NCBI RefSeq assembly: GCF_011745625.1
Contig: NW_027191469.1
Location: 124,001 to 188,000, forward strand
Reading direction: 5' to 3'
Length of the DNA stretch: 64,000 bases
DNA from: Cladosporium halotolerans
Lineage: Eukaryota
The position numbers and the translations under genes are program-made. Of this stretch, positions 1-13,140 are shown in pieces. The stretch's first letter is position 1, and each line of letters begins with the position of its first letter. The notes beneath the pieces are model-generated. The model made no database searches. It saw only the letters and a list, made by a program, of their open reading frames with translations, and was not told the origin of the DNA.

Positions 1-1037
1 GCCGCACTGAAGACATGCCAGTCTACTGTGTGGAAGGAGATTTGCCAGCCATGAATAGGAGATCGCGAAACAAAGAGAAAACGTACAATAGGCGGGCAGG
101 CAGGATTCCCACATGGTCTACTCCTCTGTTCTTAGTCGCTCGAATCAGTGCTGTGCATGGCAGAGCGGACGGAGTGCCTCCTTTTCGCCGCACTGGGAAC
201 GCCGTACTAAGCCCGATTCACGAAGCATGGACCGCAGAAGGGATCGTGCTCTCAAGGTCGGGACTGGCTCTTATAGAGATAGACGATAGGGTTAGGGTAC
301 ATTCTAGGTATCGGCGCACGAGGCTAGTTCGTTATCGAAGTTCAAAAAGAGCCAGGGTATGCATTCCGAGGAGCGAGTCAGGTCCACGCTTCGTGAAAGG
401 GTAGTGACCCACCCACGCACGTGATGCGGGAAAGTGGGTTTCCGGAAATTGGCTTTTGATCTGTCCGCCTGCTCTACAAAAGCGAAGTCTGAAGTCTGGA
501 CTAACACCGCGATCGATGCCACGACCGATGCCAGACCAATCGTGCCAGGTTCTTAGTATGTCTATCAGATCATGTCGCCTAAGGTAGTATACGATTAGCG
601 AAGCACATGAAAGTCGAAGCGAAGAGCCTCGGAGATTAGACATTCACGAACATCCTTGCCATTCTTCCAAATCTCGAGCAAAGCCGACAGACGAGCATGG
701 GTGGTAAATGAGAACAGGCTCTGCACGGCCAGAGTGTGAACCACGGCCATAACACCTATAATCGACTGTTCGACGTGATCTGCAACTAGTAGTTCTCGTC
801 CGAGGAGCAGTTATGCAATCCAGAGACGTTCATGTGAAGCCTCGGCCGTGGAAAAGGAGAGCTTGAGCATGTATAAGGTACGTCCGTCGCCCTGCAAGTC
901 TACGATGACTTTCTCAAGTAGGCCTTCAAGTAGCCTCTGTTCATTCCCATCCGTTTAGGATAACTCCTCGTAAGCAACTCTTCACGCCGTGCTCTCGCCT
1001 GGATGCTAATGGCCTAAATCAGCATTCCTTTGCAACA

Positions 1038-3119
1038 ATGCGGTTCCAACAGTTCATCGGCTCGCTGGCAGCCTTAACCTCCCTCGCTACTGCTGTTGAT
1101 CTTCCTGGCTATGAATATATCGTTGTCGGATCTGGTGCTGGCGGAGGGTACGGGAGCCACATGCATCCACTCATGTCATGTCTAATAATCTCACAGTCCC
1201 CTTGCCGCTCGTCTTGCCCTCGCTGGCCACAAGACTCTGCTCATTGAAGCCGGAGACGACCAGGGTGACAATGTCAACTACACCGTTCCTGCCTACAACG
1301 CCAAGGTCTCAGAGGACCCCAATCTGGCATGGAACTTTTTTGTCAAGCACTATGCTGATGAGGAGCGTCAAGCTCGCGACTTCAAGACTACTTACGAGAC
1401 CCCTGATGGCGGTATTTACACTGGTCTCGACCCACCGACCGGGTCCGAGATGAAGGGCACCTTGTATCCTCGAACCGGCACCCTGGGAGGTTGCACAGCC
1501 CACAATGCTCTGATTGCGGTTTACCCCCATCGCTCGGGTACGTAGCTTGTTGAGTCAAGTGAGGAAATTTCACTGATTGATTTTAGATTTTGACAACATT
1601 GCCGCCCTTACCGGTGATGAATCATGGTCCGCCGATAATATGCGCAAGTACTTTACTAAGCTCGAGAGCAACCACTACTTGCTCCCTGGCCAGGAGGGTC
1701 ACGGATACGATGGCTGGCTCGGAACATCCTACCAACCCATCGACATTGTCCTCTCTGACCCTCAGCTGCTCAGCTTGGTAACCGGCGCCACCTTTGCGCT
1801 CGGTAACCAGACCAATGCTGTTGTCAACCTCGCCTCCCTTGTCGCTGGCGATGCCAACTCGGCCTCTGCCGATCGTGACAGCCAGCCCGCCATCTTTCAA
1901 ATTCCCTTGTCAACCGCCGATGGCAAGCGCACTGGCTCCAGAGAATTTGTTGTTGCTGTCCGTGATGCTAAAACCGCCAATGGCACAAAGGCTTTCCCTC
2001 TTGGTAAGTTCCTACTGCAACCATTTTCTAGAGGACATTCACTCTAACGTTGGCACAGATGTCAGGACGAACTGCCACGTTACCAAGATCAACTTCGATC
2101 AGTCTACGCCCCCTCGCGCCACTGGTGTTGAGTTCCTTGACGGTCAATACCTCTACAAGGCCAGCCCCAAGAACAGCGGCAATTCTGGTGTCGCTGGATC
2201 GGTGACTGCTTCTCGCGAGGTCATCATCTCCGGTGGAACATACAACTCTCCTCAGCTTCTCAAGCTCAGCGGTGTTGGTCCCGCCGACGAGCTTAAGCAA
2301 TTCGACATTCCCGTCATCGTCGACCTTCCCGGTGTTGGTACTAACCTCCAAGACCACTATGAGATCAACGTCCAGGGGAAAGCTCCCTCTAACTTCAGCG
2401 CACTCAATGGCTGTACTTTCGACGGCAGTGCCGAGGACAAATGCCTAACGCGCTTCAACACGGATGTACTCGGCAACCGTGGCATCTACGCTTCCCCTGG
2501 TGTCGGCGCCGCCATGTTCTACAAGTCCAGCGTCGCCGAGCGCGATGAGTTCGACGTCTTCGTCTTTGGTGGCCCCGTCAACTTCCGTGGTTACTTCCCT
2601 GGCTACAGTGTCAATGCCACCGCCGATCACGACTGGTTCTCTTGGGCGATTCTCAAGGCTCACCCCCGCAACAATGCAGGAACTATCAAGCTCCGCTCCG
2701 CGGACCCTCTTGATACCCCTGAAATCACCTACAACTACTTTGATACTGGTGTCGGTGACTACGAGAAGGACCTCACTGCCCTCAACGAAGCCGTCGCCCT
2801 CGGCCGTGATTCTTTCAAGCGTCAGCTCGTCGAGATCGACGAGGTCCTCCCCGGCAAGGATGTGACCACCAGGGAAGACATCTCTCAGTACGCGAAGGAC
2901 ACCGCCTGGGGTCACCACGCCTCGTCGTCGTGCCCCATTGGCGCTGACGATGACGAGATGGCTGTCCTGGATTCAAGCTTCAGGGTCCGCGGCACTGCTG
3001 GTCTGCGTGTCGTTGATGCTTCGGTTTTCCCCAAGATTCCGGGTACTTTTACTGCTGTCTCAACATACATGGTCGCCGAGAAGGCGGCTGATGTTATCTT
3101 GCAGCAGCTTAGCGAGTAA
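1038..3119 (+). CDS. Secreted GMC (AA3-type) FAD oxidoreductase, choline dehydrogenase-like; exons 1038-1147, 1197-1537, 1587-2003, 2059-3119
   Basis: Signal peptide, YEYIVVGSGAGGG FAD motif, GTLGGCTAHN, GGTYNSPQLLKLSGVG, VGTNLQDH, WGHH, LRVVDASVFP. Three GT-AG introns restore the frame. Confidence 0.93.
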
Positions 3120-3855
3120 TAAGAGAACGTTTTGGAGGTGACTGAAGAGGAGATGCCGCCTTTATGTAGCTATGTCAATACTTTATCGGTCACTGCTCCA
3201 TTGTCGACAAATCTGATTGGTAAATTCGCTGACTTTGGCCAATGTGAGTGTGGGTGATACTGTACGACTTGTTGTAATCCTTGCACAAAGCGTACTCAGC
3301 GGTCAGACCCGGCGTGCATGTTTCGCTCACGGGATGCATTGCGGCCGGCCAACATCCCACCTTCCTAAACAGTCTTCATCCGAAATCCTTGGCATTCTAC
3401 TACTCCCGCTCTCCACGAACACATTCCTTCCAATCGCGCACCTCGACCCTTCGCTACGCTCGCAACCGCTCGCCACTATCATGCACGCATGCACGCCCAG
3501 CCATTGCCTAGAAAGCCTATCGCATTGAAGCAGGCATTGGCGGGGCTTGTGCTCACGAGCTTCTTGATCAAGCATGGCGAGTGGACGGCCTGGCGAATGA
3601 CGAGTGTTTATCGACATGGAGACGCTTGGCGGAACGGTGCGATTGCAGACGACAGTATAGGCAGTTGCATTGGACCTCACGCTCATGCGATGGGTAGGCG
3701 ATTGACGATGCGGAACCGACACGGGCGACCAGGGTTGCACAATTACATTAGGGCAGATGGTGTGATGGTGAAGTATAAAACGCGCGTGCTCTGCTTCACC
3801 TTATGATCCAACAGCCGCTCCATCACTACAGCTTTAGTACAAGATCATTCTCAAA

Positions 3856-5441
3856 ATGAAGGTCACAGTCGCGCTTGCGGCTCTCGCCGCTACTGCATCG
3901 GCGACCACAGAACTTAGAGGACGTCAAGCAGGACACAATGACAAGCCCTGTAAAAAGAGGCCTGATGTGACTTCGGTTGGTGCTCATCGTGTCCGAATCC
4001 TTGAATTTGTCGGTCACTAATTAATTTGTAGAGGAAGCTCGAATCCGACATCACCTCGAAAAAGCTGATGAGGGGCGCTCAGCAACTCCAAGACTTCGCC
4101 TACAGTTACCCAGACCGTAACAGGATTATGGGCGGCAAGGCGCACAATGACACCGTCAACTGGCTCAAGGAGGAACTCGAGTCCACCTCGTACTACGACG
4201 TCACCCTTCAGCCTTTCTCCAACTATGTGATGCTGAACGGCACGATCAATAGCTTCACCGTTGACGGAGAGGCAGTCAACGCGACTCTATTCGAGTACTC
4301 CAACTCCACGGCGGGCCTCGTCAGCGCCCCGTTGGTCGCTGTGAGCAACTTGGGGTGTGAAGCATCTGACTACCCAGCTGGCCTAGCTGGCAACATCGCC
4401 CTCATCTCTCGTGGTAGCTGTGACTTCGGTCTGAAGTCTGCTCTTGCCGGAGGTGCAGGTGCTGTCGGTGCCGTCGTGTACAACAACGTCGCCGGCACCG
4501 TCTCCGCCACCCTTGGCCCTCCTCCTCGCCCTGAAGGTCCCTATGTCGCGACCGTTGGTATTAGTCAGGAGTTAGGTCAGGCCTATCTCTCCCAGCTCTC
4601 CGGCGGCGCCGATGTGACTGCATCTTTGGACGTCTTGACAGACATCCAGATCATCACCACCAACAACGTCTTGGCCACCAGCAAGTGTGGCGACAAGAAC
4701 AACCAGCTGGCTCTCGGTGCTCACACTGACTCTGTCGGTGCTGGTCCTGGTATCAACGACGACGGCAGTGGTACTGTCGGTATCCTCAACGTTGCGAAGG
4801 CACTTGCAAAATACAACGTGAAGAACGCGGTCACCTTTGGTTTCTGGTCTGGAGAAGAGTCCGGCCTTCTTGGATCGACCTACTTCGTCGAGAATCTCTC
4901 CCCTGAGGAGTCGCTCAAGATCCGTGCCTACCTCAACTTCGACATGATCGCCTCCCCCAACTACGTCCACCAGATCTACGACGGCGATGGCAGCGCTTAC
5001 GGCCTCACCGGACCTGATGGCAGCGACGACATCGAGGAGTTCTTTGAGAAATACTTCGTCCGCGCCGGTGTTCCGTCCAACGCCACCGAGTTCAATGGCC
5101 GCTCTGACTACGGTCCGTTCCTCGACGCCAACATCCCTGCTGGAGGAACCACCACCGGTGCCGACGAGGTGAAGACCGAGGAGGAGCAAAAGATCTGGGG
5201 CGGTGTTGCTGGCGAGATCCTGGATCAGAACTACCACCAGGCCGGCGACACTATTGACAACCTCAACCAGGAGGCCTGGCTGTTGCACGCCCGCGGCATT
5301 GCTGCTGCTGTTGCCAAATACGCCACCTCCTGGGAAGGCTTCCCTGCTCGCACTCCTGCAGGTAATACCACCACCAAGAGGAGTGTGTCTGAGGTCCGCA
5401 AGACTGTTGCCGGTGTTAAGCGCTCGCTCCAGCTGTTCTAA
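3856..5441 (+). CDS. Secreted M28 aminopeptidase (aminopeptidase Y/Lap2-like) with PA domain; exons 3856-3975, 4032-5441
   Basis: Signal peptide MKVTVALAALAATASA. Zn ligand motifs GAHTDSV, GINDDGSG, WSGEESGLLGS, YLNFDMIAS, YHQAGD; PA motif IALISRGSC. Intron GTTGGT...TAG joins in frame. Confidence 0.93.
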
Positions 5442-5708
5442 AGACTGCACTACAAAGCGACAAAACGCCTTCACGATAATTCATAGATGGAAATGAACAT
5501 GTCCTACACATTGGCGCTTTCGAAGTTGGAGACATGTTGGAATAGCCCATCGGAAAATTCGAGATGGAGAGCATAGGAGTTACGGCTAGCAAGAGCCACC
5601 ACAGCTGTCTCTCGTGGTAATTTAGCTGTCTGTCTATGCAAGTCCTGAAAGCATCACTTATCTTCGAGATTTGAGCAAGGCGCACTCGGGCCTTGATACT
5701 GGTCTTGT

Positions 5709-7259
5709 TTAGCCACGGCTAACAGGAAGCTCTGATATCGACGTTCCTTTCCACGACTTCCTTCCTTCGACAACGTCCGAGACAAGAGTGTAGGCCCCTA
5801 AAGCTGGACAGTTGATCGCCTCGATCTTCATGTTGCTTACATCCAGCATGCCATAACCTTCTAGAGCTTTGGTAAGCTTTTCAGTCCCTTCCATTACCCT
5901 GACTACCATGACCTCTTCGGTCTCACGTGTTTCAGCGGCATTGCTGTAAATGAAGAGCTCCTTGCAAAGATTGGGCGCGAAACGCAAACGTAGGCAGAAT
6001 GAACGCTGTGCCTCAAGCAGCTGAAGACAGAATCGATCTTCATCGTAGCCTCGCGCCGCAGTGATCCAGCCACCTGGCATGATCTTTTCATCTCCAAAGC
6101 GTCTTTGCGCTGCCCCAGGGTCTAGGCTGTTCACCAGCTTCACATCGCCGTCGGGACAAGGTGGACAGTGTGCGCCTATCAACAAATGCCTGGGTTTCCA
6201 TTTTTGGATGCCCCCTTTTCTTGCAATGGTCGCAAACAGGAATACAGCTGCCCAATTCCCGGCTTGAACCGCTGATGAGCCGACTGTCAATGTGTCTATC
6301 TTTACACTCATGCCAAGCTGTTCAAGATCTCCTTCGCTTCTGTCTTTCGTCTGAGCATCCCAGTCTAGTTCGACGAGTGTCAGGCCTCCCTGAACGAAGT
6401 TCTCGTTTTCGACTGCCAGGAACATCGTTGCGTGCAAGATGGGGTGCTTGCTGACTTGGATAGGGTGCAAAGAGGCTGCTTGTGAGACGAAGCTGATCTC
6501 GGAAGTCTCAGTCCAGTCACCACTTTTCAGTACCTTGCAGACGACCTCTGAAGGCCTCTTAATGCTCCACGAGGGCTCAATCTCTTTGATCACGGCCTCA
6601 GGGCTGATACCCTCGCGCACGTAAACGGCGATGTGGTAGCCCATTGGCGGCGCTTTGCCGAACTCGCGATCATCGTCTTCTGCTGCTTCACCGCGATCTT
6701 CGCCACCTTCTGCCTCGTTCCTGACTGCTTCATCATACAATACGCCCTCTTTCGTCTCTTCCCAGTCCGTGTTAGAGATCTGCAGGTTTACAAGTGTAAG
6801 ACCAGCATCAGCGGCCGGAATCCAGAGTAGGTCGGGCTTGCATTCCAGGTCGTCGTCATCGAGCGTTACGAGAACAACACCCTTCGTTCGCCATGCTGAA
6901 TCGGCAATGACGATGAAGTAGACCGGGTCGTAATTCTGCTCACGGCCCAGATCAGTGTGGTAAGTCACGATATCTTCCAGGCGCTTATTGAGAAAACGAT
7001 GACATGGCGCGCGAGAGACGACTCCTTCCATGTTTGCATCGTCTGCGCAAAGTTCCTCAAATGCTGCAAGGTCCTCGTCACTAGAGTCGCAGAGAGTGTA
7101 CAGTGCAAACGGGGAAGTGCTGCATAGTTCCTGATGGTACTTGATGCCAGGCACCGATTCAGGCAGTGACAAGTCAATTGACGATGCCGTGACTGATTGA
7201 TGGAGGAGTCTTTTTTGGTGCTGAGGTCCATCAACTTGTTCTTCCAGAAATTGAGCCAC
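5709..7259 (-). CDS. Hypothetical protein (~500 aa) with three internal repeated modules; start codon uncertain
   Basis: 1.55 kb open frame with protein-like composition. The ORF begins at GTG just after an in-frame stop, so an upstream exon or a downstream ATG is likely. Confidence 0.7.
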   Translation of the reverse strand: MAQFLEEQVDGPQHQKRLLHQSVTASSIDLSLPESVPGIKYHQELCSTSPFALYTLCDSSDEDLAAFEELCADDANMEGVVSRAPCHRFLNKRLEDIVTYHTDLGREQNYDPVYFIVIADSAWRTKGVVLVTLDDDDLECKPDLLWIPAADAGLTLVNLQISNTDWEETKEGVLYDEAVRNEAEGGEDRGEAAEDDDREFGKAPPMGYHIAVYVREGISPEAVIKEIEPSWSIKRPSEVVCKVLKSGDWTETSEISFVSQAASLHPIQVSKHPILHATMFLAVENENFVQGGLTLVELDWDAQTKDRSEGDLEQLGMSVKIDTLTVGSSAVQAGNWAAVFLFATIARKGGIQKWKPRHLLIGAHCPPCPDGDVKLVNSLDPGAAQRRFGDEKIMPGGWITAARGYDEDRFCLQLLEAQRSFCLRLRFAPNLCKELFIYSNAAETRETEEVMVVRVMEGTEKLTKALEGYGMLDVSNMKIEAINCPALGAYTLVSDVVEGRKSWKGTSISELPVSRG

Positions 7260-7666
7260 GGTGTTGAAGCTGACATGACTCTCATCTCCAATGAAGTGTT
7301 ACGTCATGGCCCACGAAGGAGCCTCTAGACAGTAGTGATTTTGCTCCCGGTGCACGAAGGATGAAGCCCTTGCTCTCTGGTGCGACCAGATGTAGTGCGA
7401 AAGAATTTGAAAGACCTGCCTTCGGTCACGACATGATCTTACCATCTTGACTAGAATGAGCTCTACTGTTGATGGCATAAGGCGAACTTGGGCCTAAAGA
7501 CAGTCCAACTGACACGCCTTTTGAGAGAATCTCGCAGACGAAGAATACCCAGGCCCACCGCCATTTACTCACTAGCACAAATCATTGCCCCTGGCTTGCA
7601 TCACCTGTCGAATGCAATGGCAATGTGCAGCGCAAGCAGGCCCATCTCTTTCCACCCTGTAGCCTT

Positions 7667-9594
7667 TTAGAACAGCACGCCCTTAGTCTGTTCCCGATCG
7701 AGCTTCATGTCCCTCATGACAATCGCACAAACGATAGCGATGGCCATAATCGATGTACCAGCGATCAGCATATTGCGCTGGGCAACAGCATACGATACCT
7801 CGATCGCGTAACGCGCTGCCGAACCCTTTTCATAACTGAGCTGCTGCGTCAAATCTTCGTAGATGGTGTCCAAGTCGGGCAGAACGTCGGCTGGAAGATA
7901 CTTCGCAAGTGCCTGCGGGAAACTGCTCTGCCAGACTGCGGAGCTGATTGACCCGCCGACGGCGGCACCGATGTTGCCGAAGACGTTAAGGAATGCTAGG
8001 GCACCGGCGGCGTTGTTGTGGTCGGAGGAAGCGAGGACGGCAACTTGCATTACGATGATGAGAGCGCCGCCGGAAAAGGCCATAAAGATCTGACACATGA
8101 TTAGGTAGCCGATAGACTGGTCAGGCTTGCGAAAGTGGATCATCAAGCCGACGCCGAGGATATATAGCGGGAGAATCCAGTAGAGTAGCCAGCGGTACCG
8201 ACATGTTTTGTGGATCATGTAGCCAATAGCGAAGAGCCAGACGCCAGAAACGACGTCAAAAATGTTGTTGACATATCCAGCCACGGCAATACTGACGCCG
8301 CAGTTGACTTGCAGGAAGGAGGTATAGTAGGAGGCCCAAGAATAGTAGGAGACGTCGTAGCAGACGTCGAGCAAACAGGCGGCTAGAACTGTACGTGAAC
8401 GTACAAGATGCCAAGGCAGGAATGGCACACGCGCGAAATACCGCTCGTTGACAGCAAACAGGACGAGCAGTACGACACCGACGACCAGCATTGCGGTAAA
8501 ACCGGCGCTACCCCAGCCTTTGGCGAACTCATCGTGTATGTTGAATGGTAGGAGGAAGACAACGAGGCCTGCAGTCAGAAGGAATGTCCCCAGGACTTGA
8601 GAAAGTTGTCAGCTACCAAACAGCACTCTTCCAGTCAAAGGAAGAGACTCACGATCAAATTCAACGACATAGTGCCAGAAACTTTGCATGGGCGTTCTTC
8701 CGCTGGGGACCTTCGGCGGGAGGAGACCCTTTTTCTTTGCCTGACTCTTGGCATGCAACAAGACAAACACCATAGGAATCGCAAAGGCAGGCAAGATGAT
8801 AGCGAAGGCACCATAAGCCCAACGCCAATTTTTGGCATAGAACTTCTCAGCGACGTTTGGTCCTGCGTATGCGACGATGATGTTCGGAGATGAGGTGAAA
8901 GCATAAGCAAGACCACGATTGCGCAGGCTAGAGGTATCTAGAGTGATAACATCGATAGCAAAGGTCATGCCTGCGTAGCCAATGCTGTAGAAGACCTGAA
9001 AGAAGTTAATACGACTATCTCTCGGAGCTTTGACAACCGAAGGACTCACTGTAGCTGCGCAGTAGGTCCCAAGATCGTTGCAAGATGCCGTCAAAATTAG
9101 ACCCAAAGTCGCAAGGGCCAGCATGAGAGCAAAACCAACCCAACGATCAAACAAATTGAGGATCTTGGCTAATGGCATGTAGGTAGCGGCACCCATGACG
9201 GAAGAGATGACATGGATCAGTGGGACCAAAGAATGAGATTCAAAGTCGCTCGTGATATACGGATCCAGGCTGCCGGAAATGGATTGTTGGAAGTAATTGA
9301 TGAAATAAAGCAGGAACATCCTACGCAGGGATCAGCCGCTTGTGTGGTATAGTGGAGGTATTCTCTCGGGTACACTCACAGAGCGTAAGCAAGGCCAAGT
9401 GACTTCTTCGTCCATGACATTGTAAGCGCTTCGGCTTGCTTGACGCCCTCTTGCATTGGCTCTTCCGAGGCATCGTCGCTGTCCCTGTGCTTGACATTTT
9501 CTATTGGATCCTTTGCATCAGGGTGCGCCGGCTGGTTGTCCATCTTGTTGTCCAAATTATAGGAACCAGAAGCAGATGTCTGGGTTTGCGCCAT
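7667..9594 (-). CDS. Siderophore-iron MFS transporter (SIT family, MirB/Sit1-like); exons 9594-9380, 9320-9050, 8995-8653, 8595-7667
   Basis: GVKQAEA..W, ITSDFESHSL, DTSSLRNRGLAYAFTSSP, WRWAYG, many TM segments, C-terminal IYEDLTQQLSY..G..R. Introns are GTGAGT...AG. Confidence 0.93.
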
Positions 9595-9798
9595 CTTGTC
9601 GTTGACTGAGGCCCCGATCTACACGGTCGATGATGGTCTCGTGCGTTCTGGGAACAACGAGGACGCGATCGACCTGGGGGAGCCTGCACTCTAATAAACC
9701 TTTCGAGAGTATCCATCATGCTCCGAGAGGGCATGCACTAGCTTTCACAATGAACGAAGGAATAGCCTAGTGAGACTGTTGAACCAATAAATGCCAGG

Positions 9799-10347
9799 AT
9801 CTGATAAGATGAGCGAGCGATCGTTAACCACCGAGAAGGAGGATTGACTTTGAACGGCTAGCCATTTCAGCAGCCCTAGTCCATTTTGCACACTGTGACG
9901 AGCCGCGTGAGCCGAGATCGGATGTCAGCGTCGTACGAGCGACTGGGCCGCCAAAGAGGCCCACATCCTCCTTCACGCGCCATGTTCCCAGTGTTCTGTG
10001 AGGCTCCCTCAGGGGCGTGTCTCTCATGAACCGACACGGGCCAAAGACGATTTAGCCAGATCTTCCGAATCAACTTGTAAGGCCACCCCGATACGAAAAT
10101 TGGCAAGCACGACGCTGTAAAGGCTGTCGAGCTGATGTTACATAGGGCTGAGCTGGGCGCCGGTTGAAGAATTATCAGATTGCTTTCTTCCGAAGCTTGG
10201 ACCGTTTAAGCTTTGGGCTCCGAAAACGTCTCGCTTCGATCTGATAATAAATTGCTCGCTCCAGACCGAGGTCTCGCCTTGCGCTACGCGCCCTGCTGTG
10301 ACTCCGGCATGTTTCGGGGAGCTCATCCAATGTCGCGAATCAGATAG
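9799..10347. promoter_or_regulatory. Cluster of SreA/SRE-type iron-repression GATA boxes (ATCWGATAA) upstream of the siderophore transporter
   Basis: ATCTGATAA at 9799-9807 and 10239-10247, its reverse complement TTATCAGAT at 10172-10180, and ATCAGATAG at 10339-10347. Confidence 0.8.
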
Positions 10348-10567
10348 CACGCAGTCACGGAATCGCGCGGATTGCGGATCTCACCTAGCCTGAATGATGT
10401 GGCGTTCGTATTCAGGAAACCTAACTTCTCATGCCTCTTAGTTTGGCGGGCTTAGACCAGACGAAGCGTTCCTGTCATCGGCCAATGCAGCTGTCAAGTA
10501 CAAACTAAGGCTACAGGACCTCCCGGCTGGCTTCATGTTCCATCTCTTGCAGAACATAGGTCCATCT

Positions 10568-13140
10568 CTATGAAGTAGAGTTGGCGCCTGGGGACAACGG
10601 GATTTGTTGTGACATGGCTTCCTGAGAGGGTGCTCTACGACTCACAGGCTGATCCATGACCCGATAAACCCTGTCACCATCACGCACAAGATGGTACGGC
10701 CGACGTTTCTGAGGTGGTGCATACCCAGGATAACAGCGATAGTTGCGAACGCCGTTGAGAGGCGTGGCAGCGCCGAAGCCCAGAACACCAATATCACCGT
10801 CGCCGCCCGTGGCGTCTCCGAGCACTCCAGACATCTCGTCTAGCGCTGCGATCTTGTTCGTGTCAAGCGAAATGTCAAGAGGAATTTGCTCATGCATGGC
10901 GGCACCAATGCGCATCATGGCGAAGGAATCCAAAGTCTGCGTCCATCGAGGCGTCTCGTAGCTGTACAGGGCTAGCGCTGTCAGGGATATAAGATACATT
11001 CCCAGAAGCACTGAGATGACGATCGTGCCTGCGAGAGAGATTGTCGGTACACTGGTATCGGCGCCCATGTCATAGAATACTTTCGATGTCGGGTTGGCGT
11101 TGCTTGTAGTCAGCCAGGCCTCAGTTGCAAGGAAGACTGCAGACCTGAAAGCGTTTGTCCTGCGCTCTACAGTCTCCGGAGTCGAGTCGTACCAGAAGTC
11201 ATCAATATATCTGGCGATCTCGAAGTCGAGGTCCCTCATGGTGAGAAGGTTGTCCTGGATACATTCGCTACTTGTGTCAGCTTCAGGATTGCTAAAAAGC
11301 CGGATCAGCGGCGCCTGTTCAGTACAAGCATTGGCATAGTCCGGCCAAGATCCTGTCTTCGGGTCTTCCGTGGCATTCGTTAAAAACGTTTCTGGATCGG
11401 TCAACCGGGCCGAAAGGAAAGAGCCGTGTCCAAATAAGGCCATCGCGACGATCAAAAGAGGCTAATAACATGCATCAGCCTGTGGCGAACCTAATTGAAT
11501 GAGATAAGAAACTTACGCCTTTGTTCACGACTGTGCTAAGGGACTTTGAGCCCTCAGTCTCCAGATTTGCGTCCACGTCTACGGATCTCGCAGCAATATT
11601 CTGTCTCGGCCATCCCTGAGCTTCGCAATCACTCCCACACAAATCAAATGGACTCTCTTCGATGATGGGGCCAGCTTTCTCCCCGTTCATGTAGTTGGGA
11701 AGCTCGAAGTATCCTGCAGTAGTGTTTGACGTGATCTTGACTATTCCACCACTTGCCAGAGATCTCGTGCGATCTCGAATCCATTCGTAACCCATGACCG
11801 AGATGTTCAAATACAGCACTTCTGTAAAATCCTGTCTAAGGCGCGTACTCTTCCAGGGTGAGACACTCTCGTCAGCAGGCATGCAAGCTTGCACGCTCCA
11901 ATTCTTAGGAGCCCCGTCTAGCAAGTTCCAATACTCCTCTGGTGGCCAGGTCGAGTTGGCGTAGTGTGCGAAGAAAGAACGAGGCATCTTGTCGCAGCCG
12001 GTAGGCATCGCCTCATCAGGAATGATCTCCCACGCTACTGATGAATTGAATCGGGGAATGTACTGCCTGATCAATCCGGTGCTGTAGCCAACAGGTAGCT
12101 GAGTCAGATACGGATCGATCAATTCTGAAAAGTTGCCTAAGTTGGATGCTCCCTGGCTGCAGGGTACTCCGGAGTCGTCCGTATCGTTGGAACTCTTGCA
12201 AGCATGAGAACCGTGCCATAATCGAGGCTGAGGGTCGTCATTGGAGGTCGACGAAAAAGCGCTCCGCGCTTCCGTTACGGCAAGATTGTTGTCCTTTATC
12301 GTATCGTCGTTGCCATAGAAATCACCTTGGGTGAATTGATCAGGTATGTCCAGTACGTAGTCCAGGAACGAGACCTCGACCGGGGTTTTAATTGTCCTTT
12401 GCGATACAAAGATGGCCTGCAGAGGCGTGATTACCGCTCCTTACACTTCGTCAGTCCCTCGCACGGTCTTGAACAGTTGAGACCGACTCACCAAACGTAG
12501 TCAGTAGGAGTGCAGCTACCAAGAATGAAGAACTAAGCTTCGCCCCTTTGCCAATCAATAATTTGCCAATAGTCGTTGGATCGCTCCAACCTTTGTCGGC
12601 AAGTGTCATCAATTGGCGCATAGACAGGTTCTGTCGCTTAGTGTTTGATTGGGCAAAGACGACTGCAGCCGCAGAACACACAGCAGAGGTTAAAGGAATG
12701 GTAACAAGGCCAACAATAGATTGCATGGCCCGCGCAATCGTATAGACCCTTTCGCTCTGGACATATTTGCTGTGGAGAGTCTCCGCCCGGTAGCCAGCAT
12801 GGCGCCCAGGCTCACGGTAGTCAAATGTGTATTGACCGACGGTAAGCGGATGCGAGGTCATAAGACAAATCAGAATCCATGAGGCTCCTGCAAAACTTCC
12901 GTAGATAAGCACCAGCCATGTGATATAGCTGGATCTTTTGAGCTTTGTACTTGGACAGCATTCTCCAATGGTAGCTTCTGCCGCCAGCGGTTTGCCTTCC
13001 TCGTTGTGCGAAAGCGGTTCACGAACATGCGACCGATCCTCGCGTGATAGTAGAGAGTTTTGCCCTTCGTCGCTCCGATTCGTGCGATCCAGTATCTCAG
13101 GAGACGATGGTCTGCTTGTATCGTTCTGTATGATCTCCAT
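10568..13140 (-). CDS. Fungal hypothetical multi-pass membrane protein with large glycosylated loop; exons 13140-12492, 12439-11517, 11461-10568
   Basis: Three ORF segments joined in frame by GTGAGT/GTAAGT introns. N-terminal TMs with LADKGW, YFELPNYMN, and a C-terminal TM followed by PRWTQTLDSFAMMRIGA. Confidence 0.85.
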
